In this document: positions 39,002 through 53,334 of the stretch, one piece after another
How the letters are laid out: the number at the start of each line of letters is the position of its first letter
How positions within the stretch are numbered: the first letter of the stretch is position 1
From: the human T2T-CHM13v2.0 reference genome, Homo sapiens
Length of the DNA stretch: 64,000 bases
Direction: 5' to 3' (one strand)
NCBI RefSeq assembly: GCF_009914755.1
Contig: NC_060928.1
Translations under genes and position numbers: made by a program
The notes under the pieces: generated by a model
The model's database searches: none
What the model was told of the DNA's origin: nothing
What the model saw: the letters and a program-made list of their open reading frames with translations, nothing else

Positions 39002-41654
39002 ATGTCTGAAGGACACTGAACTTTATTTTTTAGGCATTATGTAGTTTTAAAGGATTTAAGAATTGGTAACATGTGAGAAATATATAACAGATATAACAGT
39101 AATGTGTAAGTGATCTGGCAGAGGAAGACAGTGGTGGAAAGACTCCATTAAGAAGCAATCTTAATAATGTTGCAAAGAGCCTTGATAATTACATTCTCAA
39201 TTCTTTTCAAAATGTTCACAAATATGTTTATATTTATCATCTTTTGGATTGATTCCTAGGGGTAACGATTGACATGCATTATCTCAGAGCATTGTGTTCC
39301 TGGCACACCTCCTGTAGATAGCTGGGAATTGGCTTGTTTAGTCTCAAAATTTTTATTTATTTATTTTTTTAATAGGCGCTGTATGGGTTAAAATCAAAAC
39401 AATCACTGTAGTTCACAGATTAAATATATTGCTTTCCCCTTATCTACATTGCCTCTAAGTTTATCACAGGAGCAAATTAAATTGGTTTGGAAGTATTTAT
39501 ACTTTATAAATCCATGTTCGTTCCTACCTAGTACCTCAAGCTTGTGCAGATAACTGAAAATTGATTTGAATTCACAACTATCCATCAATCTGTAATTATA
39601 ATTGTCCATTTCTTACATAAAAGACAAAGTTTAACCTCTACTGTGACTGAGAGACTTGCTAGTTTCTTCTAGCTTCTTTAATTAATTTTAGAAACATTAT
39701 AATAAGTAGTGGCACTAGGAACAATATTATCTGAGAGTTGCCTAAGTACCTGTCCACAACACAAATTTTAATATTATATATATAAATTGATATATACTCT
39801 TACCTTAAATTACTTTCAAATTGCTGTCATTGTTCAGTTGTTCATTGTAATTGAATTAGTTTGGGTAATCCATTTAGCCAGTATTTCAAAATCGATTTGA
39901 TTAGTATCTGCATTCATATTTCTGTTGTTTTAGATTCCATATAAAGGGCTCAGCACAGTGCGTGGCACAAAGGAGAACTTCAGCTCTCATGGTTGCCTAC
40001 CCAGGAAGTAGTTTTCCTGCAACACTAACATAAGGTTTTAATTAAACAACTCCTGTGACTAGGGTTTAGCTAAATTTTGTGGTCTTGGAGAAGAGGTTAA
40101 AAACAATCTGTGCTACCTGAAAAAAAAAGATTAAGAAATATAGGTGCATTTTGATTATTGACTTTTTTGTTTGGCTTGTTTTTTATTCCTACCTTTCATT
40201 TAGAATAATATTCAGATATCTTATAACACAACTGTTTTGCATTTTAAATTTACTTCAAAGTAAAGATTTATTTTTAAAACAAAACAATGTGAATGTATGC
40301 AAATAAGACTTTTTTGGTGAGAAGTATGATGTATTATTACAGTGTACTGAAGTGTGAAGAGCTTGATTTATAACCTTGGATAGTTAACATGAATAAATCA
40401 TAAATTATTGAGCTTCTTCTGAGTTTTAGAATACCTTATTTTGCATATAGTCTGTATGAATTTGGCTAAACAAGTGGTAAGCTTGTTGTTTCTATGTGGA
40501 TATGTACATAAATATTACATGATATATATATATAAGCATACATACATAGTGTTTTATATATTAACTTTTGTCTATGCAAGACTCATATAAGAATACTGTT
40601 TTATCACAAAAAGTAGACACTCATACAAATATGTGGTTGAATAGAATGGAAGATAGATTTTTTTTCCTTAATTTACAAATGAGAGTAGTGTATGTCTTTG
40701 GAATTGACTTTGTTCAGAGCCCGCTTTACTGGGAAGGCATGAATGCTAAATCCAACTTTCATATTGGAAATTCTTCCTCAGTGACAATGGTGTTAACAGA
40801 TTAAAGATGAGAAATTTCATTATGTGGCCAGTAGTACATTTTTCTTGTAAGTTAGAGCAAAGCAAAAAAACAAAAAAACAACCCAAATGATTTTATACTC
40901 GAACTAAGTTCTTAGTTGGCTTTCCCTTTTTTGGACCTAAATCTAATCAGTCAAAAATAGTAATGGTGGGTTGGAGTAGGAAAAGATATTTTCTGGATTT
41001 GGAACACTTCAAAGAGTTTAGTTATTTCTCAACTGAGCATGACTCTTGAAGCTGAGAGAAGATCATATGAAGGTTGAGGGAGTGGACAAATCAGTGGGAA
41101 TAGCATCGAAGCAGTATGACTAAAAATGAACAAGGAGAATTAATGATAACTTTGGAATATTTTCAAAGTTGAAAGTGTTTTTTCTGTGACAAAGGTTATA
41201 GTTGAGGACACTTGCAACAAGAAAAAGTAAATATATGATGAGCACTTAGCCATGTCTGAGACTGGATGCTGAGACCACAAGTTTTTAAATAATTCATTTA
41301 TTCAAGAAGTTTCCTCAGAATTAGCCATCTAGGCCCTGAGATTGTAGGGGAGAACAAAACAGACAGCACTGACTTGTGGAATTTGTATTCTGCTGGGAAG
41401 AAGTAGGCAATTAAATATTCATGAGTATAATATGTAGTATTATTATATTTATAGTCTGCAACTACTGAACTCTGCTATTCTATTTCATTGTATATTCTGA
41501 TAGTGGGAAGTAGATAATTAAATAAATATTTATAGATGTAATAAATAGTATTATTATATTAATAATCTGCAACTTCTCAGCTATTGTATTCTATTCCTTA
41601 CCTGATTCTAAAGTAAGAATAAATGTTCTCAGAGAATAATCCTACATTATTTTA

Positions 41655-41940
41655 TTTATTTATTTATTTGGAAACAGAGTCTCACTCTATCTCCCAGGTT
41701 GGCATGTAGTAGTTTGATCTCGGCTCGCTACAGCCTCCACCTCCTGGGTTCAAGTGATTCTCCCACCTCAGCCTCCCAAGTAGCTGGGATTACAGGCACC
41801 TGCCACTATGCCCGGCTAATTTTTGTATTTTTAGTTGAAAGGGGGTTTCTCCACGTTGGCCAGGCTGGTCTCGAACTCCTAGCATCAGGTTATCCACCCG
41901 CCTTGATCTCCCAAAGTGGCATGAGCCAATATGCCCGGCC
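41655..41940 (-). mobile_element. Alu, S-type with a small internal deletion
   Basis: CCCAAAGT joined to GGCATGAGCC (GCTGGGATTACA missing); TSD CCTACATTATTTT. Confidence 0.92.
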
Positions 41941-42187
41941 GACCCTACATTATTTTAAGAAATACATTCTTTTTACACTATTGAGCTGTGTGAAATTATG
42001 AAGCCTATTACTTTAAAATGAGATGTAAAGCATCTTTGATCAATAAAAAAGAGGATATATATGCTTGGCTATTCATAAAATAATTTTCATAAGTAATAGT
42101 GAACATATCTGTTTCATTCTCTTGACCTCTCCCAAATTGTCCACTAGTTTCACATATATTTAATAATAAACCAGATATTTGAAGGAG

Positions 42188-42336
42188 ATATATATATAGA
42201 TATAGATATATCTATATATATATATAGATATATCTATATCTATATATATATAGATATATCTATATCTATATATATAGATATATCTATATCTATATATATA
42301 GATATATCTATATCTATATATATATAACTATATATA
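42188..42336. repeat. AT-rich palindromic micro/minisatellite
   Basis: Repeats of about 24-26 bp built on TAGATATATCTA and (TA)n. Confidence 0.95.
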
Positions 42337-43664
42337 CGTCACACTAAAGGTGCTCAGTGACTTACTTATTTAACCAGGCTTTATCCCATACTTATTGTCT
42401 GTTTTTCCTGTGTAGCAGAGGCAGATAAAAAGTTTGGAGAAGAAGTAAGTACAAAATGATATGTGGCTCGGATAAAACCATGGGCGACCATTTTTTATTC
42501 TAGAACAGGAAACTGAGAGTTTTTAAATGCTGTGTTTTGAGGTGGGTCTTGAAATATGCGTAAGAAGTCATAATGAGAAAATGGAAAACACTTCATTTGT
42601 CAGTTAAAATTCAGTCATAAATGTATTATGATATGGTGAAAATTAGAGAATTGTATACATCAATTTTTATTCTACATTTCTTTTTGAGGTTTGATACTGG
42701 TACTGCCTCACTTTTGTAGGAGTAGGCTGTTTTTCTACCAATAAATATCTTTTTATACATGTTTTCATGTAATTCTTTTTAGTCTTTTAAAAAATGTATA
42801 CTTATGATAGTTTTTCTAAGGTATGGACAATAATACATGTTCAGTTTGTGTGTTCTTTTTAAATTAATTTATCATGAAGTACTATTCTTGCCTTTAAATT
42901 TTTTTCAAAATGGGATTCAGTGACTATTTCCATTATGTTTTTTAAAAAATCAATCTCCGTTTATTAAAACATGATTTGAAAATTTATAATGCCCCAATTT
43001 AATACTTTTTTAACATGTAAAATAGAGTTATTTAGTAGTTTAAAAACTTATTTCACATAGTCGTATTGTAGTCATTCTCAAATATTTAGGGGCTGGCATC
43101 TGGTAGTCATAATGCTTAACTTACAAGATTATAAATAATTGATTATTAAACAAAAGTTAATGCAATGTTATTTTAATTAAATCACTTACCTTTTCATACA
43201 TTAAGAAAAAATGGAGAGAAATTTAAAATTAAGATATTATTAGCTTATTCTTTCCTGTGAATGCAATTTTATTACCAGAACTCTCAGCTTAAATCATGTA
43301 ACAGTTATGTTCTGCAGCAGCTTGGTTTGAAATCCTCTGTTAAAATGCAAATTACATATTGTTAAATAATGAAAATTTAATCAAATTAATTGGCCTTTAA
43401 TTTACATTTTTAATCCCTCCTGACTTGTTTCTTGTTCTTTCTGTCTGATCAAATTCAGTATATTATTCTACAATGAGACCTGAACCAGCAGTTAGGATTC
43501 ATGCCTTCTGTCTTAAAGTTTGCTACTATGTGCTTGAGCTTTAGGAAAATTATTTAACAACTCTTATTTTACTGACATGTAAAATGATTGGATTGGGTAC
43601 AATTGAATTTTTTTGATCAGTTATTCCCGAAGGCCTTGTGTTTTTGTATAAAATCACAGATGAC

Positions 43665-43720
<56 letters not shown>
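43665..43720. repeat. (AGAT)14 microsatellite
   Basis: 14 perfect units. Confidence 0.97.
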
Positions 43721-45239
43721 GCAGCCGTTTGGCCTGGTGTTCCTAATCTTGAAAAGTGAAGAAACAACCATTGATTTTTAAAGTTTCTTCCAAATCTATA
43801 ATTCAGTCTTATTGGAGATATTTAGATATTGTGAAATGCCTTTTTGCTTCAAAGATACCAGGACACTTTTTGGAGTTAGTATGTTTGCAGATAGCAACTA
43901 CCTAAAAATAGATTGTATATAAAAGTGTTCTTTCCTTGTTTTAATATGTAAGGTATTTTGCCTTATGATTTTATTCCACTGTTATTTAATTTGTACTTAT
44001 TTCTTAGGAAGTAGGAATAAATCATTTTATATGTCCATAAATATAAATATTATTATTTAACTTTGTTATAATATGAAAAATGAAAAACTTATTTATTTCA
44101 CCTATAATTTATGTTTTTAATATTTTTAAATGTCAGCTAAATGGGTTATTACTTTGATGCTTGTTTTTTAGAGAGATTTATAAAAAACAATAATTTTTAT
44201 TAATAATTATTTGATGAGAAGGATTAATATATTATTAATTTTAGGACCAGAAATAACATCTCTAGTGTTGTACTAAAAATATACTAATTATATATATGGT
44301 TTAGAAATTTACTGTTAGATAGGCCAATAATATTCTTGGTTCCCATGATTTGTCATAGAAGCAACAATTTCAGAAAATAATAGCAACAGAAATAGGCAAA
44401 TTTCTGAAATTTGACTCCCAGATATCAACTTATTGTAACTCTTAAATAACAAAAATATAATGCTTTCTTGCCAAGAAACTAAATTTACCTTATCAAATTA
44501 ATCAACACAAATTGTTTAGGTAGCTAATATTTGTGAATAAAATTAATTTAAAATTATATAGGAAATACATTTTAGGTTATTAGATATTTATTTATTTTTG
44601 GAACCCTGTTTTTCTAGATGTTCTCTAGATAATTTATTTTAAAATATTAAAATTTTGATGTAGTCTGCATGATACTAGGATCTCAAATTTTCAGTTCCAT
44701 ATATTTTTCTAACTATTTACCACATTTTTCTATAAAGCATTTAACACATTTAAAATATAATCAATGAATGCTTATTCAAAAATATGTTAATGTTTTGTGA
44801 CAAATGGAGAGTAATTATTTTCTGAAGAGTTATGTTGAATATTAAACAGAACCCCAACATTTAAGGAAAAGATTATTTTCTTCACATTCTATTAAATAAT
44901 ATAGAGAGAATTTTTTTAAATGTGTACTTAAGTTTTCAAAATATATGGTCAAAAAAATTGTACAGAAGTTGTGTTGTAAACTATTCTTGTATTCCATTCA
45001 TTTGCTATTTAATTGACAAATATTTCATGATATTCGATTCATTTTTGGTGTTTGGTTTATAAATATTAGTAAAAAACAAATAAAGTCTTTGTCCTCCTGG
45101 AATGTGTATATTCTGGCTATAGGGACAAACAATAAACAAATACATTAGAAATAAAATAATAGGACATTTAATGAAAAATGCTATGGAGGAAAATAAGATA
45201 CAGAATCTTCTATGTAAGATATTAATAAATGTGCATTTA

Positions 45240-46157
45240 CTATATCTACCACATTTTCTTTAGTCATTCATCTAGTAATGGACTCTAAGGTTGATTTCAT
45301 ATCTTGAGTATTAATAGTGCTGCAGTAAACATTGGTAAAGAGGTATCTTCGATATATTATTAATTTCCTTTCCTGTGAATAAATCCTCAGCAGTTGGATT
45401 GCTAGATCATATGGTGATTCTATTTTTAGTATTTTGAGAAACCTCCATACTGTTTTCTATAATGACTGTAATAATTTACATTTCCACTAACAGTGTATGA
45501 GTTTCCTTTCCTCCACTTCCTTGCCAGAATTTTTTTTGTCTTTTTGATAAAGTCATGGTAATTGGAATGAGATGCTATCTCACTGTGGTTTTGTTTTGCA
45601 TTTCTCTAAATATTAGTGATATTGAGCATTTTTTTCTTCTTGTAGTGCAACTGTGCAAAACTTCTGGATCATTTTTGTAATGTATCTGTTGGTCATTTGT
45701 ATGCTGTCTTTGCCTATTCAGATCTGTTGCCCATGTTTTAAATGGATTATTTGGGTTTTTTGCTGTCAAGTTCCTTGTATATTTGGATATTAGTTCCTTG
45801 TTGGATGAGTAATTTGCAAATATTTTCTCCCATTCTGCAGGTTATCTCTTCATTTTGTTGATTGCTTCCTTTGCTGTACAGAAGCTTTTTAGTTTAATGC
45901 GATCTCTTTTGTCTGTTTTTGTTTTTGTTGCCTGTATTTTTGAAGTCTTAGCCATAAAATCTTTGCCTAGACCAATGTCCTGAAGCATTTCCCCTATGTT
46001 TTCATCTAGTAATTTTATAGTTTTGGATCTTACATTTAAGTCTTTAGAGTTGATTTTTGTATATGGTGAGAGATAGGAGTCTCATTTCATTATTCTGCAT
46101 AAGGATATCCAGTTTTCCCAGAACCACTTATTGAAGAGGGTGTCCTTTCCCCAACGT
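45240..46157 (-). mobile_element. L1MA ORF2 3' region, inverted segment
   Basis: Antisense L1 (CCACATTTTCTTT, TATCTCACTGTGGTTTTG, ATATCCAGTTTTCCCAG). Confidence 0.88.
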
Positions 46158-46390
46158 ATATACAGTGGAATACTATTCAGCCATAAAAGGGAATGAAATT
46201 CTGTCATTTGCAGCAACATAGATGGAACTGGAGTTTATTATATTAAGTGAAATAAGCCAAGCACACCAAGACAAATATCACATTTTCACTGACATGTGGA
46301 AAGGTTGATTTCATGGAGGTAGAGAGTAGAATGATAATTAACAGAGACAGGGAAGGGTGGGAGGGGGATGAAGAGAGGTTGATTAATGAG

Positions 46391-47071
<681 letters not shown>

Positions 47072-48954
47072 GTTAGTACCAACAAACAGTTAGATAGAAG
47101 TAATAAATTCTAGTGTTTGACAACACAGTGAGGTGACTTTAATCAGCTTTATAGTATATTGTATATATCAATATAGCTAAAAGACAAGATTTGAAATGTT
47201 CTCAATACAAAGAAATAATAAGTGTTTGAGGTGATGGATGTCCTAAATACTCTGATTTGATTATTACACATTGTATGCATATAGCAAAATAACATATATA
47301 CTCTCTAAATATGTACAATTATTTTGTATCAATAAATAAATATAGAAATATTCATATAAACAAATATTCTTATACGCCAAAAATATATCTTAAAGAAAAA
47401 TGGTTATTTCTCAAAAACAATGTGTATTTACTAACAAAATGTATAAATTTTATGTCACAGAAAAAAGTGAATTTTAGTTTATCAGCTCATGTTCTATTGT
47501 GTATGAATTATATTTATAAACTCATCACATGAAATATTAGGGACACAAAAGCAACCTCATTAGCCACCATATTGAAAGGATCTATAGAAACACTGTTGTG
47601 TAACAAATAAGACCCAGGCTGGATCAATGACTTACTCCAAGATTACAGCCAGTTTCAGTCCCATGCCTCTTAGCTGGAATGTGTCAGCTCAGAAATGCAT
47701 TCTTATTTTTTTTAATTAATCTACCCAGAAAGACTGCCTTTTCCTAATTACTTAAAATAGTTAATTACAAAATTCAAACAAAAGCACTGAAACATCTTAA
47801 GCACTTTTTATTAACTGTACAAGAGGTAAAATAAAAATGTAATATTTATACATGTAATTAAATAGCATCTTGTTATAAAATTTAAACCTGACCTTTCATT
47901 TTAATAGCCCTTTTGCAAACCTGGTAATCTCCACTGAATGCATAAATGGAGACAAGAAGAAACAATAACCCCAGTGTTTCCTATTTGGGCTGAATTTAGA
48001 ATTAGAGTAAGTTACAGCCTATGTATTGAGATTTCAGGGGAGCCAGAAAGCTTCTGGATCCACTAATCTCTTACTTTGCTCTTGCATGAAATCTACATTA
48101 AGATCAAATCTTGTCTTTTATTAAAATACATATGCTCTTGGGAAAGATAACAACTCGAGTCACAGCAGAACTTTAGGTGAGGGGGCTTTTCTCATTACTT
48201 TCTTATTCTGGCAGGTAAGAAGTCAGAGTTTGAGGAAAAGGGGCTTGTAAAGGAGAAGGAAAATATTAGATTGGAGACAATAGCTCCAGAATAGGAGAGA
48301 CTGGGTGGTGATCTTCTGGATATGTTGGGCTTGGTTTCATCTTGTTCACATGAGTCAGCAGAAAAATATGTACTAAAACATAATAAACTAAAGATATGAT
48401 GACTTGATCGTGCTACTTTCCCTTAATAAATTATCTAAGTGTCAGTTAACAGAGGTCGTAATAGAGCTGAGTATTTTAGGCAAATAAAAAAACTACAGAA
48501 AGAGAAGACTTATGAAAAGTTATATTGATAGTTTTACTTTAAACTTGGCCAAGTATATTGGGCAATCAGCCTAGCCAGGCATTACGGTGTTACTCAGGAT
48601 AAGCAGCTATTGTTCCATGTGTGTAATGGATATACAGTACCTGATTCTTGGCAAAAGGAAGAGAACCAAAGCTAAATAGCCCAATCCCTGCATCAAAGAG
48701 ATTAAGGATTAGTCATGTTTGGGCCTAGTCAGAACTGTTTCAACAGCCCAGTGCTCAGATGTTTGCTTTTTTCCACCTCCAAGGTCTCTGCTAGAAAAAT
48801 AAAAGACCAGTTACAGATCTAACAGTCTTCTAAAGGTGAAATAGGTTAAAAGTAAAGTGAATATAGAAAATAACAAAAGGATCAGATGTGGCTCCTCTTA
48901 ATTTTCCTAGTTTCTAGATATGGTTAAAGGGGAGGAGCAAGGGGTGTGTGTAAT

Positions 48955-49457
48955 GACCTGCAATAGTCAGACATAGTTATACTAAAATGCATTTGTTGTT
49001 CATCTGAAGTTCAAATTTCACGGAATAGCCTTCTATATTCGTCTGTTCTCACATAGGTATAAAAAACTACCTGAGACTGGGTAATTTAGGGAGAAAAGGA
49101 GTTTAGTTGACTCACAGTTCCACAGGCTGTACAGGAAGCATGGCTAGCAGGTCTCAGGAAACTTAACAATCATGGCAGAAGGCGAAGGGGAAGCAAGCAC
49201 ATCTTCACATGGCAAAGCAGCAGAGACAAAGTGAAGGGAGAAGTGCTGCAGACTTTTAACAACCAGATCTCTTGAAAACTCACTCACTATCATGAGAAGA
49301 GCAAGGGGGAAATCTGCCCCATGATCCAGTCACCTACCATCAGTCCCTCCCCCAACACTGAGAATTACAACTGGACATGAAATTTGGGTGGGGACATAGA
49401 GCCAAACCATATCACCTTAGTTTTTTCTTTTTTACATGCTAAATGTGGCAATCCTAC
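48955..49457 (+). mobile_element. MER53-like hAT fragment interrupted by an LTR
   Basis: GACATAGTTATACTAAAA...TTGTTGTTCATCTGAAGTTCAAATTT before the LTR and GCTAAATGTGGCAATCCTA after it. Confidence 0.65.
49034..49414 (-). mobile_element. THE1D/MSTA-like MaLR solo LTR
   Basis: CTACCTGAGACTGGGTAATTT...GAGCCAAACCATATCA; 5-bp TSD CCTTC/CCTTA. Confidence 0.88.
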
Positions 49458-49786
49458 TTTAAGGGCACAACACTCTAAAATTTTATCAGTGATACATTGA
49501 AAAGAAAAAATACAGGAAGATAATAAATATGGTACTTTACCTTGAAAAATACCTGAAGTTTGCTGTGGAAGTGGGTGTCAGCTTGTGAGTTATTATGAGG
49601 ATGGGGTGGGTATGAGGGTTATCTGAAATTAAACAAAAGTTGTAACACCAGATGTGGATGGTCATGGATCACAACATACACAGTGAATGGAAGTAGCTGG
49701 TACATACTTGAAGGTGTGTTTGTGCATTTTGTGTATTTTTCTGCAACTTGGTTCAGTAGGGTTCAGATTTCTTTGAACACTTACTG

Positions 49787-49966
49787 CAGGGCTCAACAGA
49801 CATTCCCCAAAGGGCCAGAGAATATCTCTATTACAACTACGCACATCTACTTAACACATGAAAGCAGCCAAAGGCAATTAATAAAAAATGGTTTGGTTGT
49901 CTTCCAATAAAACTTTATTTACAAAAACAGGCCACCTACCAGGTTTGCATAGTTTGTAGATCCATG
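49787..49966 (+). mobile_element. MER58A-like hAT element
   Basis: TTCCAATAAAACTTTATTTACAAAAACAGGC; 8-bp TSD ACTTACTG/ACTTAGTG. Confidence 0.8.
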
Positions 49967-51566
49967 ACTTAGTGCTTCTTGCCTATAAAAGCTCACATAG
50001 CAAATGGAAAAGTAGCGTTATCCTCATATAATTCCCTAACACATCAGTTGCTTTGGAACAAATTTACATTTTCAAAACAAGTGTTGTAGCAGAACTGACT
50101 ATAGTTTTTAAAAGTTTGGCATGTTAGAATAAAGGGGTATATAGGCATATGGCAAAAGGGTGAAACTCAAGAGTCATTAATGTCTGTCTTAAGAATGTAA
50201 ATGTGCAGAGTTGTTAGCTGGGACATGCTAAATCAGGCTCCCTCAATTGACCAGGATTTTTTCATTTCTAAAATTTAACTTTTGATCTGTATTGTTTCTT
50301 TATATGATATTTTGAAATATTAATTTACTCCAGAAATCTCTTGCATTTAATTCAGACTTTTAGAAAATTTTTTAATTAAAGTTTGAAAATCAGAGTCTTT
50401 AAAGTATGTTTCTATTATTAAAAAATAATACATAACTAATATGGCAATTTCTACATAGTCTATATGACATAATACCCATTTTAACGTTAGGATCAGGAAC
50501 ATGAATTGCATATAACTGATATGGAAGATATTCTTCAGTTTTGACCATTTGATTTGAAATTGCTTCATATTTTATGCAAAGTATTTGTTAATTATCTGTT
50601 CCCCAGAAAATTAGTTAAGGATGAAGCACATAAATTCATTTTCACTTTACTGCCTCTTCTCAGTCAATGGGTTGTATTTAGGGCATATTGCCTGAATGCT
50701 TCTGGCAATTCAACAGGCACATTAGTCAGCAGAACATTATAACCGTTTCTCTTACATCCCTACCTTCTGAATCTCAAACTGAACCAAAAAACTCTGGGGT
50801 CTCCTTCAGAAATGTCCATGATAAATTGTTTTGCTCAGGAATGGGGTCCCGATGCTCAACCACGGGATCCTGATGTCAGAGTATATTGGGAAAATAAATT
50901 TAAGTGAATTTAAAATATTGTGACTATTTCAGAAGACCCACATAGTTGATGAAAAAGCCTAGTTAATGCAACAGTTTAAAGTATTTTGTATATCAATTAA
51001 AATATCTTTAGGTACATTTAGTTTATAAGCATAGACGTAAGAAAGTATACAAATACAAGAATATGCCCAAACTTTAAATACCATTTCATTTATTATTAAA
51101 TATTTTGCCATATTAAAGTTAGTATAGCATGTCCAAAAGAAGATGGGTAGGCTTTCATGAAATATTTGTGAGAAGTTTTAAAAATAGTTCGTATAGTTCT
51201 TAGAAATTGCTTCATTCTAGTTACTCAGCTCTGAGTTACTCAACTCCAACACAATACACAGAATTATGTCTAAATATAATTGAGATACAATTGCAAAGCC
51301 ATATTGGTCCTCATTCTATTAATAATCAAAATGAATTTATATTGTATTTTACCAAAAGAAAAAAATATACTTTCTACCTATGTCTTCTATTTTTTAAATT
51401 AAATGTTAAAAGAAAATATGCAATAATTACTAGAATGTGTATATTTCTGACTGCTAAATGATAAGAATTTTGTCTAAAATTAATTTTTCTGTTGATAAGT
51501 TTGTCCAACATGGACAAACCAACATAGTTTATCTTGGATACTTGGACTGACTCTGGATTTTAAAAT

Positions 51567-51607
<41 letters not shown>

Positions 51608-51666
51608 TATATGGAATATATATTTTCGTTATATAATCATAACAAAATAAAAATAATCCAACTCAT

Positions 51667-51985
51667 GGCTGGGCGCAGTGTCTCACGCCTGTAACCCGAG
51701 GACTTGGGGAGGCCTATGCGGGTGGATTGCCTGAACTCAGGTGTTCGAGACCAGCTTGGACAACTCCGTGAAACACCCTCTGTACTCGAATACAAAACAT
51801 CAGCTAGACGTGGCAGCATGTACTTGTAATCCCAGCTACTCAGGAGGCTGAGACAGGAGAATCACTTGAACTCGGGAGGCGGATGTTGCAGTGAGCCCAG
51901 AGTGCCATTGCACTCCAGCTCTGGGCGACAGAGCAAGACTCCATCTCAAAAATAATAAATAAATAAAATAAATAAATAAACAAAC
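51667..51985 (+). mobile_element. Alu, S-type, diverged; preceded by (TA)n at about 51567-51605
   Basis: Full dimer with (TAAA)n tail; TSD AATCCAACTCA. Confidence 0.9.
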
Positions 51986-52419
51986 AATCCAACTCACTTT
52001 TAATGTGAAAACTTGAGAGTATTTTAAAGTTGATAGTAACATTTAAAATAATTTCCACTACCTGTTTCCTTTCAATCTAATTTCTAGATTATCCCCAATA
52101 ATATCAGAATACAAATTTTAGAAAAATTGTCGTCTCTAAAATGACTGCAAAATGTATATTAACTCAGCATACGCTTTTGCTATATGAAAAGATAGCTTTT
52201 CAAAAGCCCTAAACATTTTGTATTATTAGTATTTAATATAGGTACCAAGAATAAAATGTTCATTCTATAATTCCATTGTAGAAATTATACTTTGTCTGGT
52301 TTGCTAGAGCAGGAGGATGCATAAATCAGATTATGCATGAATGTATTTTACATTTCCTTATTCACGCCATTATATTGCCAAAGAGTGGACCTGGTACTAT
52401 TTGGAAAATTAAATATCGT

Positions 52420-52538
52420 CAGGAGATTGTAAGTTGTATGAGGTCAGAGATTTTTCCTGTTTTGTTCCTGCTCTGTTTTAAGACGTACCATGTATGGTGC
52501 AAAGTAGGCACTCAATAAATATTTGTTGAATGAATGAA
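52420..52538 (+). mobile_element. L2 3' end
   Basis: AGTAGGCACTCAATAAATATTTGTTGAATGAATGAA. Confidence 0.85.
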
Positions 52539-53302
52539 CACCATCTTTCTGTGCTGATTAAACCAATAATACTTTGGAAAATTCTATTGTATATCAATTA
52601 ATAAAATGGGATTAAAAATCAAACAAACTGCAGCTTGAAGGTCAGCTTTGGTTATTTGAGACAAGCTCCTAGAATTTTTTTTTTATCTTGAGTGGCCACA
52701 TTAATGAAATGTGGATGCTGATACCTAAATTATAAAACTATTGTTAAGATTTAATGAAAAAAATATGCTACAAGTATTTAGCCAAATGCACAAAACATGG
52801 AAACTACACATTTTTAAAGTAGCTATTAAAAGTAACTATGTATGAATTGATTTATTCATCAATATGTGATAAGTACTTGTGACACCAAGCTCTGACTTAG
52901 GTCTTGTGGAGGCTGAAAATAATAGGACGCAAGCTGAAGGAGTTCAGAATCAAGCAGAAAGAACAATTATGTAAACAACTAATTATAATACCAATGTTTT
53001 TAATGTTCATAAGAGAAGTGTAAACATTAAAATGTTAAGGCATGCATTTTATTTTAGATATGTTTTGTTTCAATCTCTTTTGAACATCAATGTCAAAGCT
53101 TGTTGAGCTTCCTTAAAGCACGTGATAATATTACCGTTCCACTTGACATTCACGTTCTATTCTTGGAATTAATTTTATGGTACTATAAATCATAAATTTA
53201 AAGTTTCAATGCTTAATATAGGGTCTGATACTCTAGAAATATATGTTGAATGTTGAATAAAAGAACAAGTTAATGAGAAGTCTGATTGCATTTCAGATGT
53301 GG

Positions 53303-53334
<32 letters not shown>

